The notes under the pieces: generated by a model
The model's database searches: none
What the model saw: only the letters and a program-made list of their open reading frames with translations
Told to the model about the DNA's origin: nothing
Part shown: positions 1 to 12,568 of the stretch, in pieces
How positions within the stretch are numbered: the stretch's first letter is position 1
Layout of the letters: every line of letters begins with the position of its first letter
Translations under genes and position numbers: made by a program
Assembly (NCBI RefSeq): GCF_963921235.1
Contig: NC_086097.1
Location: 58,094,001 to 58,158,000 of the forward strand
DNA: 64,000 nucleotides
Origin: Mobula hypostoma
Taxonomy: Eukaryota
Direction of reading: 5' to 3'

Positions 1-479
1 GGGGTGGTCCTTATTTGAATAGCTCCAAGGAACTTACCTTTGTGGCACCCCCTCCTAGAACGTCCCCTCGATTACTGGCCCAGATCATTTGCGTTCACTC
101 CCTTTCAGGCTGGGGTGGCTGCCTTCAGCTGCTGTGTGTAATACTTCTCTTTCTCAGTGTGCCTTGCCATCAAGGTTGTGGAACTTGATGTCTGTCATAA
201 CTCGGATCCCTTCCCATCTATTATCTCAGTATCTTTCTATTCTTATCTGTATAACTAAACACCTACCTTTCCGAACCAGCCTTCATTGCAAAGTATAGAT
301 ACTGCTATACTTTAACATTTTATTCGTGGTTTGCTAACACACTCTGTCTGTGTCTTCTGCATTTGCGTTCCTGTTCTTTATCATCCGCAGGTCTCCTACC
401 ATCAGGAGTGGTCAGGTCTGAAGCAGTAGGCGGGTGTTCATCACTTAGATTCTCCGTAATGACACTGCTACTGTGTAGA

Positions 480-2350
480 ATTTATCCCTATTTCTGTCTG
501 TGAGGGTGACAAGAAGTCAAGTCGTGTGGTTTAACCGATTCCAGTGTTTCCACTGGCTGCCTCGCTAGGTCTGTACACAGACGCAGGTGTCATTGTCAGG
601 AACACCACCTGTGGTGCTTTCCACTTGGAGCGAACCCTACCTTTTCAGGCAGCTCCCATATTGTGACTTGCTCACCTGGCTATGGGAGGACTATCTTCTC
701 TCCTTCGGGCTCCCTCTTATCAGCAATATGTTGCTGCCATTTTGCTCTGTCCCTCAGCACTTTAACCTCGTTACAAAGGTCCTTCACGTTCCCATATAAT
801 CTTACTAAATTGGCATTTGCAGTTTCTTTCTCCACACACTCAGCTTCTGTCATGCCATGTTCTTCTGTTGTTCTCCCAGCCGTGTGATCTGACACTCATT
901 CCCTTTCTGCTCATTATTGTCCCCTTTCTGCTATGCATTTATTTTATTTGCTACTGCCTCTGCAGGTAGCAGTTCTTGTCTATATTGGGGCATTACCCCT
1001 GGGACTTCCTGACATGATTCCCACACATTGTCCCTGCTTGGGGCTGCTGTCTCTCTGTGGGCCATGTTGTCTGCTCTGTGGGTCACACATATTCGCTGTC
1101 CTTGTCTTGTTCATCTTATTTTCCCTTTACTGTATCTAGGAGAGCACCTGCCTTACTGAGTGTGTCTATCTCCAGGATAGTGCCCTCATTATTCGGCCAC
1201 ACCCAAAAACCTACTGGAAGCTACATTCCCTCTATCTCAAGTACCTGAGGCTCACTTCTCTCTGTCCTCATTGTTTCACCCCCTATACTGTAATGTAAGT
1301 TACCTTTCCAGTCATGGGCAAGGGTAGAGTAGTTATCGATACTGATGACCCTGTGTCACTAATATATCACATTGCTGGCCCCTAATGAATCTTTTATGTA
1401 CATCTGTGGGTGACCAGTTCTGGCAATGGAGGCTGCTGCCAGTCATTTGTCTGATCTGGATGCTGTCCTCACCAGGTCTATGATTTGGTCGGCGGTCAAA
1501 TTGGACAGAGTGCCCTTCTCTGGTTTCCGTTTTATGATTCTCACAACGTCCTCCCTTTTTAGGACACTGCCTCCAACTGTGTCCTCCTGAGAAGTTACAG
1601 CTGTTATAAATCATCTCCTTTACCCTTCTGTGTCTATTCTAGCACTCCCTTGCAAGGTGCCCTGATTGCAGGCACACAAAGCAAGTTTTCTGTGACACTA
1701 CAGCAGTTACATGCACTACAGCCACTTTACAACTTCTCTTCCCCCCACCACCCCAGTCCATCTCACCAGCACATGATACTATAGGGGGTTAAGTCAATCC
1801 CACTGCTACCTCCAAGTCTAAAACCTCCTTGTGGGCTGAGGTCAAGTATGACTGCTCCTCAAACGCTCAATATTTACGCTGTGCATAACCCATGGCAGGC
1901 TCATCAGCTCTCTGAATCACTGACTTACCATTTCCCAGTTACTCTTACCTCCTCCTAGTCCCTATCTCATTTCCCCCCTTAATGAAGCAATCTCTCTCCT
2001 CATTACTGGCATTCCCTCTAGTTGAGCAGTTTTAACCCTCATTCCCTGGGCCATGCTGTTCCACGTATTCCTCAGGCAGTACAGGTATATTTCTTGGGTG
2101 CATCTGGTGAATTTCAATCATTTCTGATTTCCCACAAGAAACTTAAATTGCGAGCAGCTCAGACAAAGTACATGGCTTCTTCTTGGGCGGGGGGGGGGTG
2201 AAAGGTTTGTGGATGTTAATAATCAATATCAAGGGCTGACTGGGGTAGTCAGGATTGACCTGCCTTTGTCTGGCCTCAATAGGTGCCAGCCCAACAAATA
2301 TATCTGGGTATAACCTCTCCCTCAAATATTTCCATGCTAATTCCCACACT
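480..2350 (-). mobile_element. Decayed LTR retroelement/ERV-like internal region: gag, zinc knuckle, aspartic protease, integrase C-terminus; RT core apparently absent
   Basis: The minus strand gives a degenerate knuckle IYNSCNFSGGHSWRQCP (~1561-1611). Restoring one base gives the protease IRGQQCDILV-DTGSSVSITTLP...GTILEIDTLSKAGALLD (~1130-1390). KWKAPQVVFLT...QWKHW (~540-630) resembles a retroviral integrase C-terminal motif. Boundaries are approximate. Confidence 0.6.
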
Positions 2351-2516
2351 AAGCAAAATGTAAGGAATGGATAAAAATTAAACAGTGCATACTTAAAACT
2401 GCAGACTATGTGCTCTGCAATCTTCCACTGAACTCATGCCTGTAGTATTCCTTTCTATATAGAACATGCACACACACACAAACAAGTACAGTATTTCTAG
2501 TACTTACAGTATACTA

Positions 2517-3031
2517 CGAGGGGTGATTGATAAGTTTGTGACCTATGGTGGAAGGAGTCAATTTTAGAAAACCTAGCACATTTATTTTTCAACATAGTCC
2601 CCTCCTACATTTACACACTTAGTCCAGCGGTCGTGGAGCATATGGATCCCTTCTTTGTGGAAGTTGGCGTCTTGAACCTCCAGAAAGTGGTCCACAGTAG
2701 GGGTGACTGATAAGTTCATGGCCTATAGTAGAAGGAGATGAGTTATACAGCTTTCGTTACATGCACGTGCAGTTCAGCTCTTTAAGTGATAATGCAGAAA
2801 GTTTGAAGTTAATAACTCATCTCCTTGCACCTTAGGCCACAAACTTATCAATCACCCCTGCTGTGGACCACTGCTGGAGGTCCAAGGCGCCGACTTCTAC
2901 AAAGAAGGGATCCGTATGCTCCATGACCGCTGGACTAAGTGTGTAAATATAGGAGGGGACTGTGTTGAAAAATAAATGTGCTAGGTTTTCTAAAATTGAC
3001 GCCTTCTATCTTAGGCCACGAGCATCCCTCG
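2517..3031. mobile_element. Mariner-derived foldback MITE
   Basis: Termini are TA|CGAGGG...CCCTCG|TA, with ~230-bp inverted arms. The right arm encodes a mariner transposase C-terminus, ADFYKEGIRMLHDRWTKCVNIGGDCVEK* (2889-2975). Confidence 0.9.
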
Positions 3032-3279
3032 TATAATACAGTCTCCTGAATGAGTAAACATGCGCCCCTCTGTGGTCCCGAATGGTCAGTAACCACCTTT
3101 TGCAACTAGTTGCCCTGTCTCACCAAACTTCCCAAAAATATCTTGTCCCTTCCACAAACAGACGTGCATTCACACACCACTCTTTTATATCTACCACTTT
3201 AGCTCTCCTCCATGTTCTTTGATACTTTGTGATACCAGGTTATTGAGCTGAACAGATTTAAACGTGAATGCTATTCTTA

Positions 3280-3855
3280 TGTAACCCTCAGGTTTGGCCG
3301 GTGGCGTCAGTCTAGGGAAGACAGTCTGTGGTCTGGCCAAGCGCATGAAATCTGAGGTGCAAAACCTCTTGTTTGTATGGATACTGTGAGATCTGTTCCC
3401 CCGTTACAAATCAGTACCATGAATTAACAGACAGTACACCATATGCAATTAAATGATTTAGCTTTATAATTCTTAATTTGACTCAAGGGTTAGTCAAGAA
3501 AACAAAAAGAAGAGGGCCCATTTTAATGAAACAGTCTAATGTGCATAAGTTGGTGCTCACGGTTTCCCTTCCGTTGGTCCTCCATTGATTTCCCTGGGCT
3601 TCACCGACTCCTGGCCCCACTCCAAGTCCACTCTGTCCTGCTGTCTATGACCTCTCCTTTCTGGCGTCTTCTCTCATCATCTCTCGCCGAACAAAAGACC
3701 CAGATCACCTCGTTGTCAGGCACACAACAGGGAAAAAACTCCCTTCAATGGACTGTGCACATTTCAAAGCTCCTGTTGTCTCTAGCCATAACCCAAACAC
3801 TGTTGCTACAGAAAGACCATTAGATTAACAGTGAAACCTTTCCCAGGGTGTTACA
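3280..3855. mobile_element. Solo LTR (~576 bp)
   Basis: Inverted termini TGTAAC...GTTACA; flanks ctta/ccta form a 4-bp TSD with one mismatch. Confidence 0.7.
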
Positions 3856-4673
3856 CCTAAAAATACCTACTCCCTTAGACTGCTTAGATTTCAGTCCATA
3901 CAATGGGTCACAAACCTAACCCAGACAAACCCTCAAATGCGATTGTGATCACTGAGACATTGAAGCTGTTGATATACAAATCTTTATTCAGCACAACCAG
4001 TAGTCACTTTTATGGAAATACTCAAGGCAGCATCTCATAATTTCAAAAGTACATCAGATTTTATACCCTTAAGATCAAAGGTAACAGCAGGTGGTTCAGT
4101 ACAATTTCAATAGTTACAATGACATTATTTTAGGTTGACAATGGTTCCTTTGAATTACATATCTACAATGGGAAACACCTCTACTGGGACAAACTAATTC
4201 ATACAGGCATTCTGAAAACCTCTGAAAACAGAAAGCTAGACACCAAAGAATAGTGCTGGTTACGAGCTAACTTTGTGAGTACACAATACGTCAGTTATTG
4301 ATTGCAACTATAGCTGTGACCATGTTTGATATGCTACGTGACAGCATCAGCCTGGTCAGCCAGCTTGAACTCAGTCACAATAGAGCAAATAATTTAGTCC
4401 ATGTTGCCTGATTTGATGTAGGCCAATTAACACAATCTCATTGTCTTAATATTTGGATGATGCAAAGAATATGCAAACGATATATGGTCACCATGTTGCA
4501 AGCCATATCATTTAGTCTGTGTGGTAGCTTGTACTTTTAACTTCAATTTACTGTTTATAATTTACAATTTGCATCAAGAACTGAAGACAAGTTCTTGCTT
4601 GAATTAGCACCTGCTATATTCACATAACTCCAGAATACTCTCTGACAGACTCCTATCACAAGTGGAATTGGAT

Positions 4674-5088
4674 GTCGTGGCTATCCCTCGAGGTCGAGGA
4701 TGATGGTCGTTGTTCTGAAGAAGTGGCCCACAGAGTGAAGACGCCTGTGCGTGTATTTGTTTAACGTGTACTTGGTGTTGCACTCCAAGAAGCACACGAT
4801 ACTTCACAAATCAACCAACTGATTCCAATGGCATGGAAACCACGATGATTGGAGCTGATGGATTTGTTGCAGCCTTCATCCACCTTCACAGCCGTTGAGT
4901 TCGAAGTATCTTCATCCGCCTGTTCCACCGTTGAGGTCTTGGCTGGATTGTTCTTTGTCAGGGACCTCACCCTCGACCTTACCGCCATGGGTGACCCTAC
5001 TAGGAGCATAGCTCCAGACGGCATCACTCTCGGGATCTCAGGACCATACAAGCTTCTCCACCATGACAAGATGACATCCACAGAGAAG
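4674..5088 (-). mobile_element. RTE-derived non-autonomous retroposon (bipartite SINE-like)
   Basis: TSD ggaattggat (4664-4673) / ggaatcggat (5089-5098). The minus-strand 5' end cttgtcatggtggagaagcttg matches the RTE 5'UTR type. No RT coding sequence. Confidence 0.7.
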
Positions 5089-5279
5089 GGAATCGGATAG
5101 GACATAATTAAATAGATAAGACTGGGATAAAATAAATGGTTGGGATAAAAGAATGATGCATTCTGTTGCTTAACTTATTTAATACAGTCCCAAACTGTAA
5201 TAAATCAGGCCTCAGATAAAATTTTAAATATTCCCAAATTTGCTGATGATATTGACTTTATAACAACCTTCATTACTTT

Positions 5280-5760
5280 TCAACCATCAGGCTCCTGAGC
5301 CAGTGTAAACACCTTCAATCACCACAACACTGGACTGATCACTGAACATAGCCAATGGACTCACTTTCAAGGACTCTACAACCCATATTCTCAGTGTTAT
5401 TTATTTATTTTCTTCTGCCTGTATATGATCCATACCCCTCCATTCCCTCCATGTTCATGTGTTTATCTCAAAGCCTCCTTAAAACAACTAGCTCACCTGC
5501 TTCCATCACTCCCCTGGGCAGGCAATTTGAGGCACCCACCACACTCTGTGTAAAACAAACCTTGTCCCACATGTCTCCTTAAAACTCTCCCCATCCCCTT
5601 AAATGCATGTCCCGTTAGACTTGACATTTCTATCCTGGGAAAAAGATCTGACTGCCTACCCTATCTATGCTCCTCAAAATCTATCAGGTCTCCCCTCAGA
5701 CACTGCTGCTCCAGAGGAAGCAACTCAAGTTTGTCCAAGCTCACCTTATAGTTCATACTG
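5280..5760. mobile_element. Rex1/Babar 3' fragment (+, ~5280-5415) abutting a CR1 3' fragment (-, ~5420-5760)
   Basis: ccatcaggctcctga...ggactcactttcaaggactct is shared with other Rex copies in the window. The second part resembles the reverse complement of the CR1 ORF2 end. Confidence 0.6.
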
Positions 5761-6027
5761 AAGGTATATGGCTTATTCATGTATTGCGATCTCCACACTC
5801 TCTTTTAGTGTTTACTGAATACAACCCACATGGTTTAGTATGTAATCCTGTATCTAAATTTGCTAAAATAGCCATCTGTGAGTTCACAAGGTTGAACTGT
5901 CAAACTCCCAACAGTGTTTGGAGAATTGAAAGAAGGGGATAATTCCAGTTCCAGGAATTCTGGTCATTGCTTCTCCTCAATAGCCAGGGTGAAATGGATT
6001 ACTAAGTGCACTGGGATATAGTAAGTA

Positions 6028-6330
6028 CAGAATTTCCCCATGTTATGAATGACTTGATTTATGGCAATCCAACTTCCCCCATACATGTTTCAAGCTATTA
6101 ATAATGATCATAAAATGTTTCATGGTATTAATTAATGACTGAATGTATTTCTTTAGTTTAATTATGGGTAGTGTTAGGATAATTATTCAATGAAATTGAA
6201 GAATTATACCAAGTATGTTGAGCAACACAGTAAGGTTTACAATAGAAAATGTATGTTTCTGACATATGGAGAAATAGGGTCAAGGTCAGTTCTCAGGAAC
6301 GGAACCCTTGCATAATCTGGGGACTGCCTG
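6028..6330. mobile_element. Old Tigger/pogo-type MITE
   Basis: TA|CAGaatttcccc...ggggactgcCTG|TA: degenerate TIRs with a TA duplication. Confidence 0.45.
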
Positions 6331-6429
6331 TATTGCATAACGCTCAGGCTAGTACCATAAACTTTATCAATGCAGAGTCAACATCTGAAAGTTTATTCTT
6401 GCTCAAGTTTCTATAGTTAGAAAAATTGG

Positions 6430-6690
6430 TGCCTCAAGAAGGCAGCTTCCATAATTAAGGACACTCACCATTTGGGCCATGCCCACTCCTGATAACTATT
6501 ACAAAGCAGGTGTGAGCCTGCAGATCACTGTTAATGTTTGGGAACATCTTTCCCTCCACCATCAGATTTCTAAATGATCTATGAACCCAATAAATGTGCA
6601 CGATTTGTTTATTTATTATTATGTAACCTATAGTAATTGTTTCTGTCTTACACTGTACTGCCTCCAAAACGCAACACGTTTTATGTGACT
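6430..6690 (+). mobile_element. Rex1/Babar 3' fragment
   Basis: aggcagcttccataattaaggac...accatcagatttctaaatg, similar to the other Rex copies. Confidence 0.5.
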
Positions 6691-8792
6691 TACCCTTTCT
6701 AGATATTTTTGGGTATCTTTTAGGATATTTTATATTGATTGCTCCCGCCCCATTGAATATAGATTTATATATGCACTAAAATTTTTGCTATATTATTCTC
6801 ACTCATGACAATAATAATATGCTGGGGCAGCAAACATACAAACATTAAGTATTGTTTTGATATACTGTAATAAAATCATTGTGGTTAGAATCCATTCATT
6901 CGTATTCATCAAATATTATCTGGGTAGGTGAGATTTCAGGTCAGATATACAGATTGTATGACTGTCAGGAGTTCTTTCAGATTTTACAAGAAAATGAGGT
7001 GAATATTAAAACCAGATAACCAAAAAGCTTACAGGCATTTTGTCTTTCCTTTCAAATAACTCATAAGATCCTTGCAGAAAACATGTGCCTGTAGGTGTCA
7101 CTTCAGGTTAATAAATCTTCATCAGATTTTGTTTCTCTGAAGGAGGTGACTAAGCACTGCTGACAAAAATGAAACCCCTCTATGACTAAATGCATATAGG
7201 ACAACTTTGATTTTCAACCTATTTGAATATAAGAAAACAATTTTTGACAGAACAGTAATACAATTCTGATCTGCATCAATTGCTCTGCACCACTCTGGCA
7301 TTTGTGCAGTCAACATCATCAATGCTACAAAGTACTCCATGGTGCCAATCCCTCAGTAAATTCAGACAGGCATTTCCAAGGTAATTGGCTCCAGATTGAG
7401 ATCAGAATGAACTATCACAAATGGTCCATCCTGAAGTTCAGTCTAAGTTGACCTAATCCACACAGTCTACTCTTAATTCTTCAGGGAGTTTTGTTAACTG
7501 AATGCTGTGCCTTTTGAGTGGGGCAATTCTGTGGTTAAACAATTCAGAGTTTGTTATTTGACTCAGTTCCAAAATTCTAATATTTTAAAACATAAGTCAT
7601 CAAGTATTAACAAAACCAGAAGGAAAAGCTTTTCTAATTTATTGAATGTACTGCCGCTTGATTGACAAGAATATTTCAAAACACATGACCAGAAGATTCA
7701 GAACAAATTAAAGCGGTAATGCTGTTACGCTACATAGCATTAGTGAAGACATTCATTCAGATTAAAGATTGATTTTCCACATGTTAAGAAGTTCATTTTG
7801 GAAATGCTGTGAGGATTTGCCTCCATTGTCGGGGCACATGCCACCTCATCGAATAACTAGCAAAACTACAAACATTAAAGTCTTAAAAATTACTTAAGGG
7901 ATTGAAAGCTTTTGTCACCTCTTCAGCAATGTGATCCCAGTTTCTTTATTAAGGATCCTGCTGCCAAGTATAAAAACAAAAGCAATCCCTATTGCAACCC
8001 AATTGTATTCCATTTAACTATTGAAAGTTACAGTGCACAGTCAAACACACAGGACATAACTATTCTTTTGAGAGGAAAGACCACCACAAACTGGAAACGT
8101 TGGAACTGGTTTAATTGTCATGGGCCTAGGCAGGTCTATTCAAGACAGCTGGGGTTTCCTCTGGCACTGTGCTAAAATATTTAACAAGAAACATGTTTTA
8201 AACAGAAAGTTAAATGGTTCATATTGCCTCGTGTTTTGTTTTTGCTTTGAAACTTGATTCTGGCAATTGCTTTACCTGAAATTTTGGCTCAATGAGATTT
8301 GGTTGCTCTGTGACTAAGGCTTTTCCTTTCCATGGGTATTGAAATTTTTGTTGCAGTTGATTACCAATACGCACTTGGCCCTTTACCAAATCTCTGTTTA
8401 CTGAATTCAAGAAAAAAAATCAGCTTGATTTCACACCCATAAACAATGAAACTGACAATATGACAGTATATAACAATGAATTTTGCAAAAAAAATAAAAT
8501 GCAAAACACACAATTGAAAATTTTGATGATAGTAAAAGATATTGATGTCAAAATAGTACCCTCTAGTGGACATCTTCGCAAATAGCATGGCCGAACATTA
8601 GTGTGGCATCCTGTCCTTAACTGAATGACTATGCAGAAATGGCAATATTTCTCCAAGTGAGCAGATGTAGGCATTTCCATGAGCTGCTGACTGTGTTGTA
8701 CCTCAATCTCAGAGACGGTTTTGGACTTGTGAAATGCAGCCACAGAACTTTGGTAATGCATTTTGTGTGTGATGCAGACTGTAGCTGTGGTT

Positions 8793-9560
8793 CACCAGTG
8801 ATAGATGGAGTGATTTTTGGCCTGGTGTGGCTTAATATGATGAATTATCTATTTCCTTACCTATTATGGCACAGAAGGAGATCAGTCATCCCATCCCACT
8901 GTGGGCCCTGACAGAGCCCTATTATTTATTTATCAGTTGTTCATCTAAGTTCCTATGATACAAACTTAGAGTTGCCCTTTAATCTATTAGCCCATCTTTT
9001 AGCGTTAGAAGAAATTAGAACTCTCGATGTAAACCCATACCATCCAAATTCCACACAGACATCACCAACGATTGAATAAAATCTGAGTCCCATGAGATGC
9101 TCTTGATGTGACCTGGTAGTATTGTATAAAGATTTTTGAATTATTGGAGTTGCCTTCATCCACGTAAGCAGAGAATGTTCTGTTGCAATCTGACTTGTGA
9201 CCTGTGGATGGTGGCAAGGTTTTGGGCAGTTATGTGGTGAGCCAGTCTCTGATCTGCCCTTTGTAGAAGGACTAGGTAGTTTCTGATTAATGATCACCCC
9301 AGGATGTTGACAGCAAGAGATTCAGCAGTGCTAATGAATGTCATGGAGAGGTATTCAAACACTTCTCTTTCTTGGTTGGGGATGTCATTAACTGACAAGT
9401 TTTGTAGAATGCGTTTTACTTAACATTTATCAGCCCAAGTCTTAATACTGTTTGTTGTGCACCAGTAATGGATGGAGTGATTTTTGTTCTAGCTTTACTT
9501 AAGATGATGAGTTGTCTATTTACTTACTATTATGGCACAGAAGGAGGCCAGTCATCCCAT
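8793..9560 (+). repeat. Diverged ~100-bp direct repeat pair (8793-8894 and 9460-9560)
   Basis: caccagt(g/a)at(a/g)gatggagtgattttt...tattatggcacagaaggag...cagtcatcccat occurs twice, 667 bp apart. Confidence 0.85.
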
Positions 9561-10150
9561 TCAGACATGAGCACTCCATTATCTGTAGAGTTGAGAATGG
9601 AAGCGACACTGTGAAATTAACGCATATTTACAATTTTGGATTCCTTTTGGAAAGAAGGTCATTAATGAAGTGGCAGAAGATGGTTGAATCTACTCTACAT
9701 CCTGACCAGAAGAACTCTTGCAGAGTTATCCTGGGATGAGATGATAGGTCTCTGACAGCTGCAACTATTTTCCTTTGTATTAGGTATGACTCCAGAATCG
9801 AAAGTTTCCCCTGATTGACCCATTTTTACTATTGGTTCCTTGATGCCCCACTTAAGTGCTGACTTAATCTGAAGACCAGTGACAATCATCCTCTAAGTGA
9901 TGATCTTTAGTTTATGTTTGCACAAAGACTCTGAGGAGCTCTGCAGATGAGCGTTCTTGCTCCAACCCAAACTGGCGATCACTTAGCAGGTTACTGGTGA
10001 TGGTGCCACTAGACAGCTGAGATGAGGATTTCTTCAATGTGAACGTCTACAATGCATTTGTATTATTTATAGAAGTGTATGTATGTACTTCAATATTATG
10101 ACATTCTACCAAAGTTAACTGTTAAAGTGTAAAAAAATTTTTTTAAATTT

Positions 10151-10507
10151 CGTCATCGTCACCTTCATCATTATGTGCCTTGTCTGACATGGGAGACCAT
10201 GGTCTTTGACCATGATTGTTCTTGGCCTTTGCCTTCTTCTGGGCAGTGTCTTTACAAGATGGGTGACCCCAACCATTATCAATACTCTTCAGATATTGTC
10301 TGCCTGGCGTCAGTGGTCACATAACCAGGACTTGTAGTGTGCACCAGCTGTTCCTATGACCCTTCACCACCTACTCCTATGACTTCACGTGACCCTGATT
10401 AGGGGGTGGGGGGGGAGGCGCGCTAAGTAGGATGACCTGCAGGCTTCCAGAGGGGCGGAGCATCTTACACGCCCTTTGGTAGAGACATATCGCCGCCCTG
10501 TCACCCA
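10151..10507 (-). mobile_element. RTE-related SINE-like element
   Basis: The minus strand has agaagaaggcaa (RTE/Bov-B-type motif), a (gat)-like 3' tail and an imperfect tttttaa(a)ttt flanking duplication. Confidence 0.5.
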
Positions 10508-11158
10508 TTTTTAATTTGGCCCAGTTATATCGCAGAACCAATGTTTCTGTGCTTGATCCAATGAGTCCCAAGGATCCGGTTTTATGATAACACTGTTTTG
10601 TCTTACTACCACATCTGCTTTCTTGCTTCAGAAATTATCCTTTCAATGCTGGTAAAACTCTTATAACAGAAAAACCTTCACGCTGACCTCTAACCACACT
10701 GTTTCTGCAGCTTGCAGCTGCCAACCTCAGGTCTAATTTTACGTCTCGGTTTGAGCATTCCACAGAGGAAATGCAGGAAGGAGAGGGGTTCATGCAAAGG
10801 GTAGAAAGGCAGTTGCATGCGCATCTGGTGCCTGTCTGGAATCAGCCTAGGAACATTTTCCAATCTGGGAGCATATGGTTGATCTCATTTTTCTGACTCC
10901 ATTTCAGACTTGGATTGAAGGGACTGATCGAAGTACAATATGTTAAGCTATCAATTGTTTGGAAAGAGTAATTTATAATTCCATTTCAAAGTGGGCCAAT
11001 AAAGTAAGAGTAAAGAACACAGATTAAAATTAATAAATGATTAGTATAGGGTTGAAATTAGAAAGCATTTCTTCATGTGGGGTATCAACAACTAGATTGC
11101 AATTTCTTATTGAATTCAGCCTCCTGGATGGATGAATGGGGGGATTATACTTCACTAA

Positions 11159-11878
11159 CACTGTGCAATGAGCTTCCTGGTATCCACCCCCCCCCCCCGT
11201 TGTTACTTGCCATTATGTTATTTAATTTACACATACAGTGTGGGACAGGTCCTTCCAGCACAACAAGCTGCACAATTTACATTGAACAATTAACCTACTA
11301 ACCACTATGTAGTTGGACTGTGGGAAGAAAGTGGCCACCTAGAGGAAACACACACACACACACCCGGGAAGATGTACAAACTTTGTTACAGAGGATGATG
11401 GAATTGATCTCCGAACTCTGATGCCAGTAGCTGTAATAGCACTGCATTAACTGCTATGCTACTGTGGCACCCTTATATGTTATTGTATGCAGACTTTGAA
11501 AATGAATCGATCCTGGCATATTGCACTTCATGGTTTTGTATGCTCGAAGCATGTTGTCAATCAGTTGCATGTAGTTTGGTGCTCTGTAGTTGCCAAGAAA
11601 ATATTCAACAGAATTCTCAAATGCCTTCCATGCGATTTTCTCCGGTCCCATTAGAAGTTCTTTGAATTGCCTGTCATTGATGACTTGTTTGATTTGTGGA
11701 CCAACAAAATTGCGGTCCTTAACCTTGGCATCAGTCACTCTGACTTGAATTGTGAATTGAAATAACAAATACAGGTGATTTCAAAGGAAAATGTCATGGT
11801 GATTTTTATGACCAGCAGCTCAAAGTACGTTGGACACAGACAAAAGTATTTAGGAAGCAAAATTTCTGTTGTCCAGTG
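11159..11878 (-). mobile_element. Chapaev3-like (CMC superfamily) DNA transposon remnant, interrupted by a SINE
   Basis: ORF 11454-11768 contains DAKVKDRNFVGPQIK...EKIAWKAF...FLGNYRAPNY...MLRAYKTMKCNM, the typical Chapaev3 transposase segment. Termini are CACTGTGCAA (11159) and TTGTCCAGTG (11878); the left end is tentative. Confidence 0.7.
11223..11475 (-). mobile_element. V-SINE / HE1-like tRNA-derived SINE
   Basis: Decayed V-domain (tgtgggaagaaa...cacctagaggaaacacac) and TSD tatgttatt (11214-11222 / 11476-11484). Confidence 0.7.
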
Positions 11879-12568
11879 ATACCAGTGCTTCACATTGCAG
11901 CCAATATGGTCTTCAACAGAAGCCTAGAGCAAGCTCTACTTCTCAACGATAATCCAAAATTCCTAAGTGCCAAATTCCAAATGTAAACAATGTTGACAAA
12001 GTGCGACTGAATTATTATTGAAAACCTACCTGGTTAACTAACATGCTTCAAGGGATGAAAATCGTCCTTGTGTATCTCCATATATGTAGCCAAGCAGTTG
12101 GCATTTACCTACCCTATGAAATAGCTTAGAGAGGCCGTCAAAATGAGGAGCACATAGGGAAGAGAAATACAGATTTCTTTTGTCAGTGAACAAATGTTTT
12201 AAATTTTTTTGTATAAGCACAGATGAGAATGCGCTCAAAGCACTGAAATCAAAGGTAAACATCGTATAGAGGCTTGATTGTCATTTAGCTATATTACAAA
12301 AGCTGTTAGTACTTACAGTGCTTGGATATTTTGGAAAATGGTAATCAGTTTCATGCACAACTGGTCTTATAAATACCCTAGCAATTAATGATGAGAAAGA
12401 GAGATGCCATGAATTACAATAAGCTCTATTTTTACATCTCCACTCTGTCATAATTTAACGTTATTTTTCCTCTATCTTTAGTTTTCTAATTCAGCTTCCT
12501 TCTCCAACTTTCTAATTTCTTTTAAGCCCCTAAATATTCTGAGTGAATTAAACAGACAGTAAGACAGT

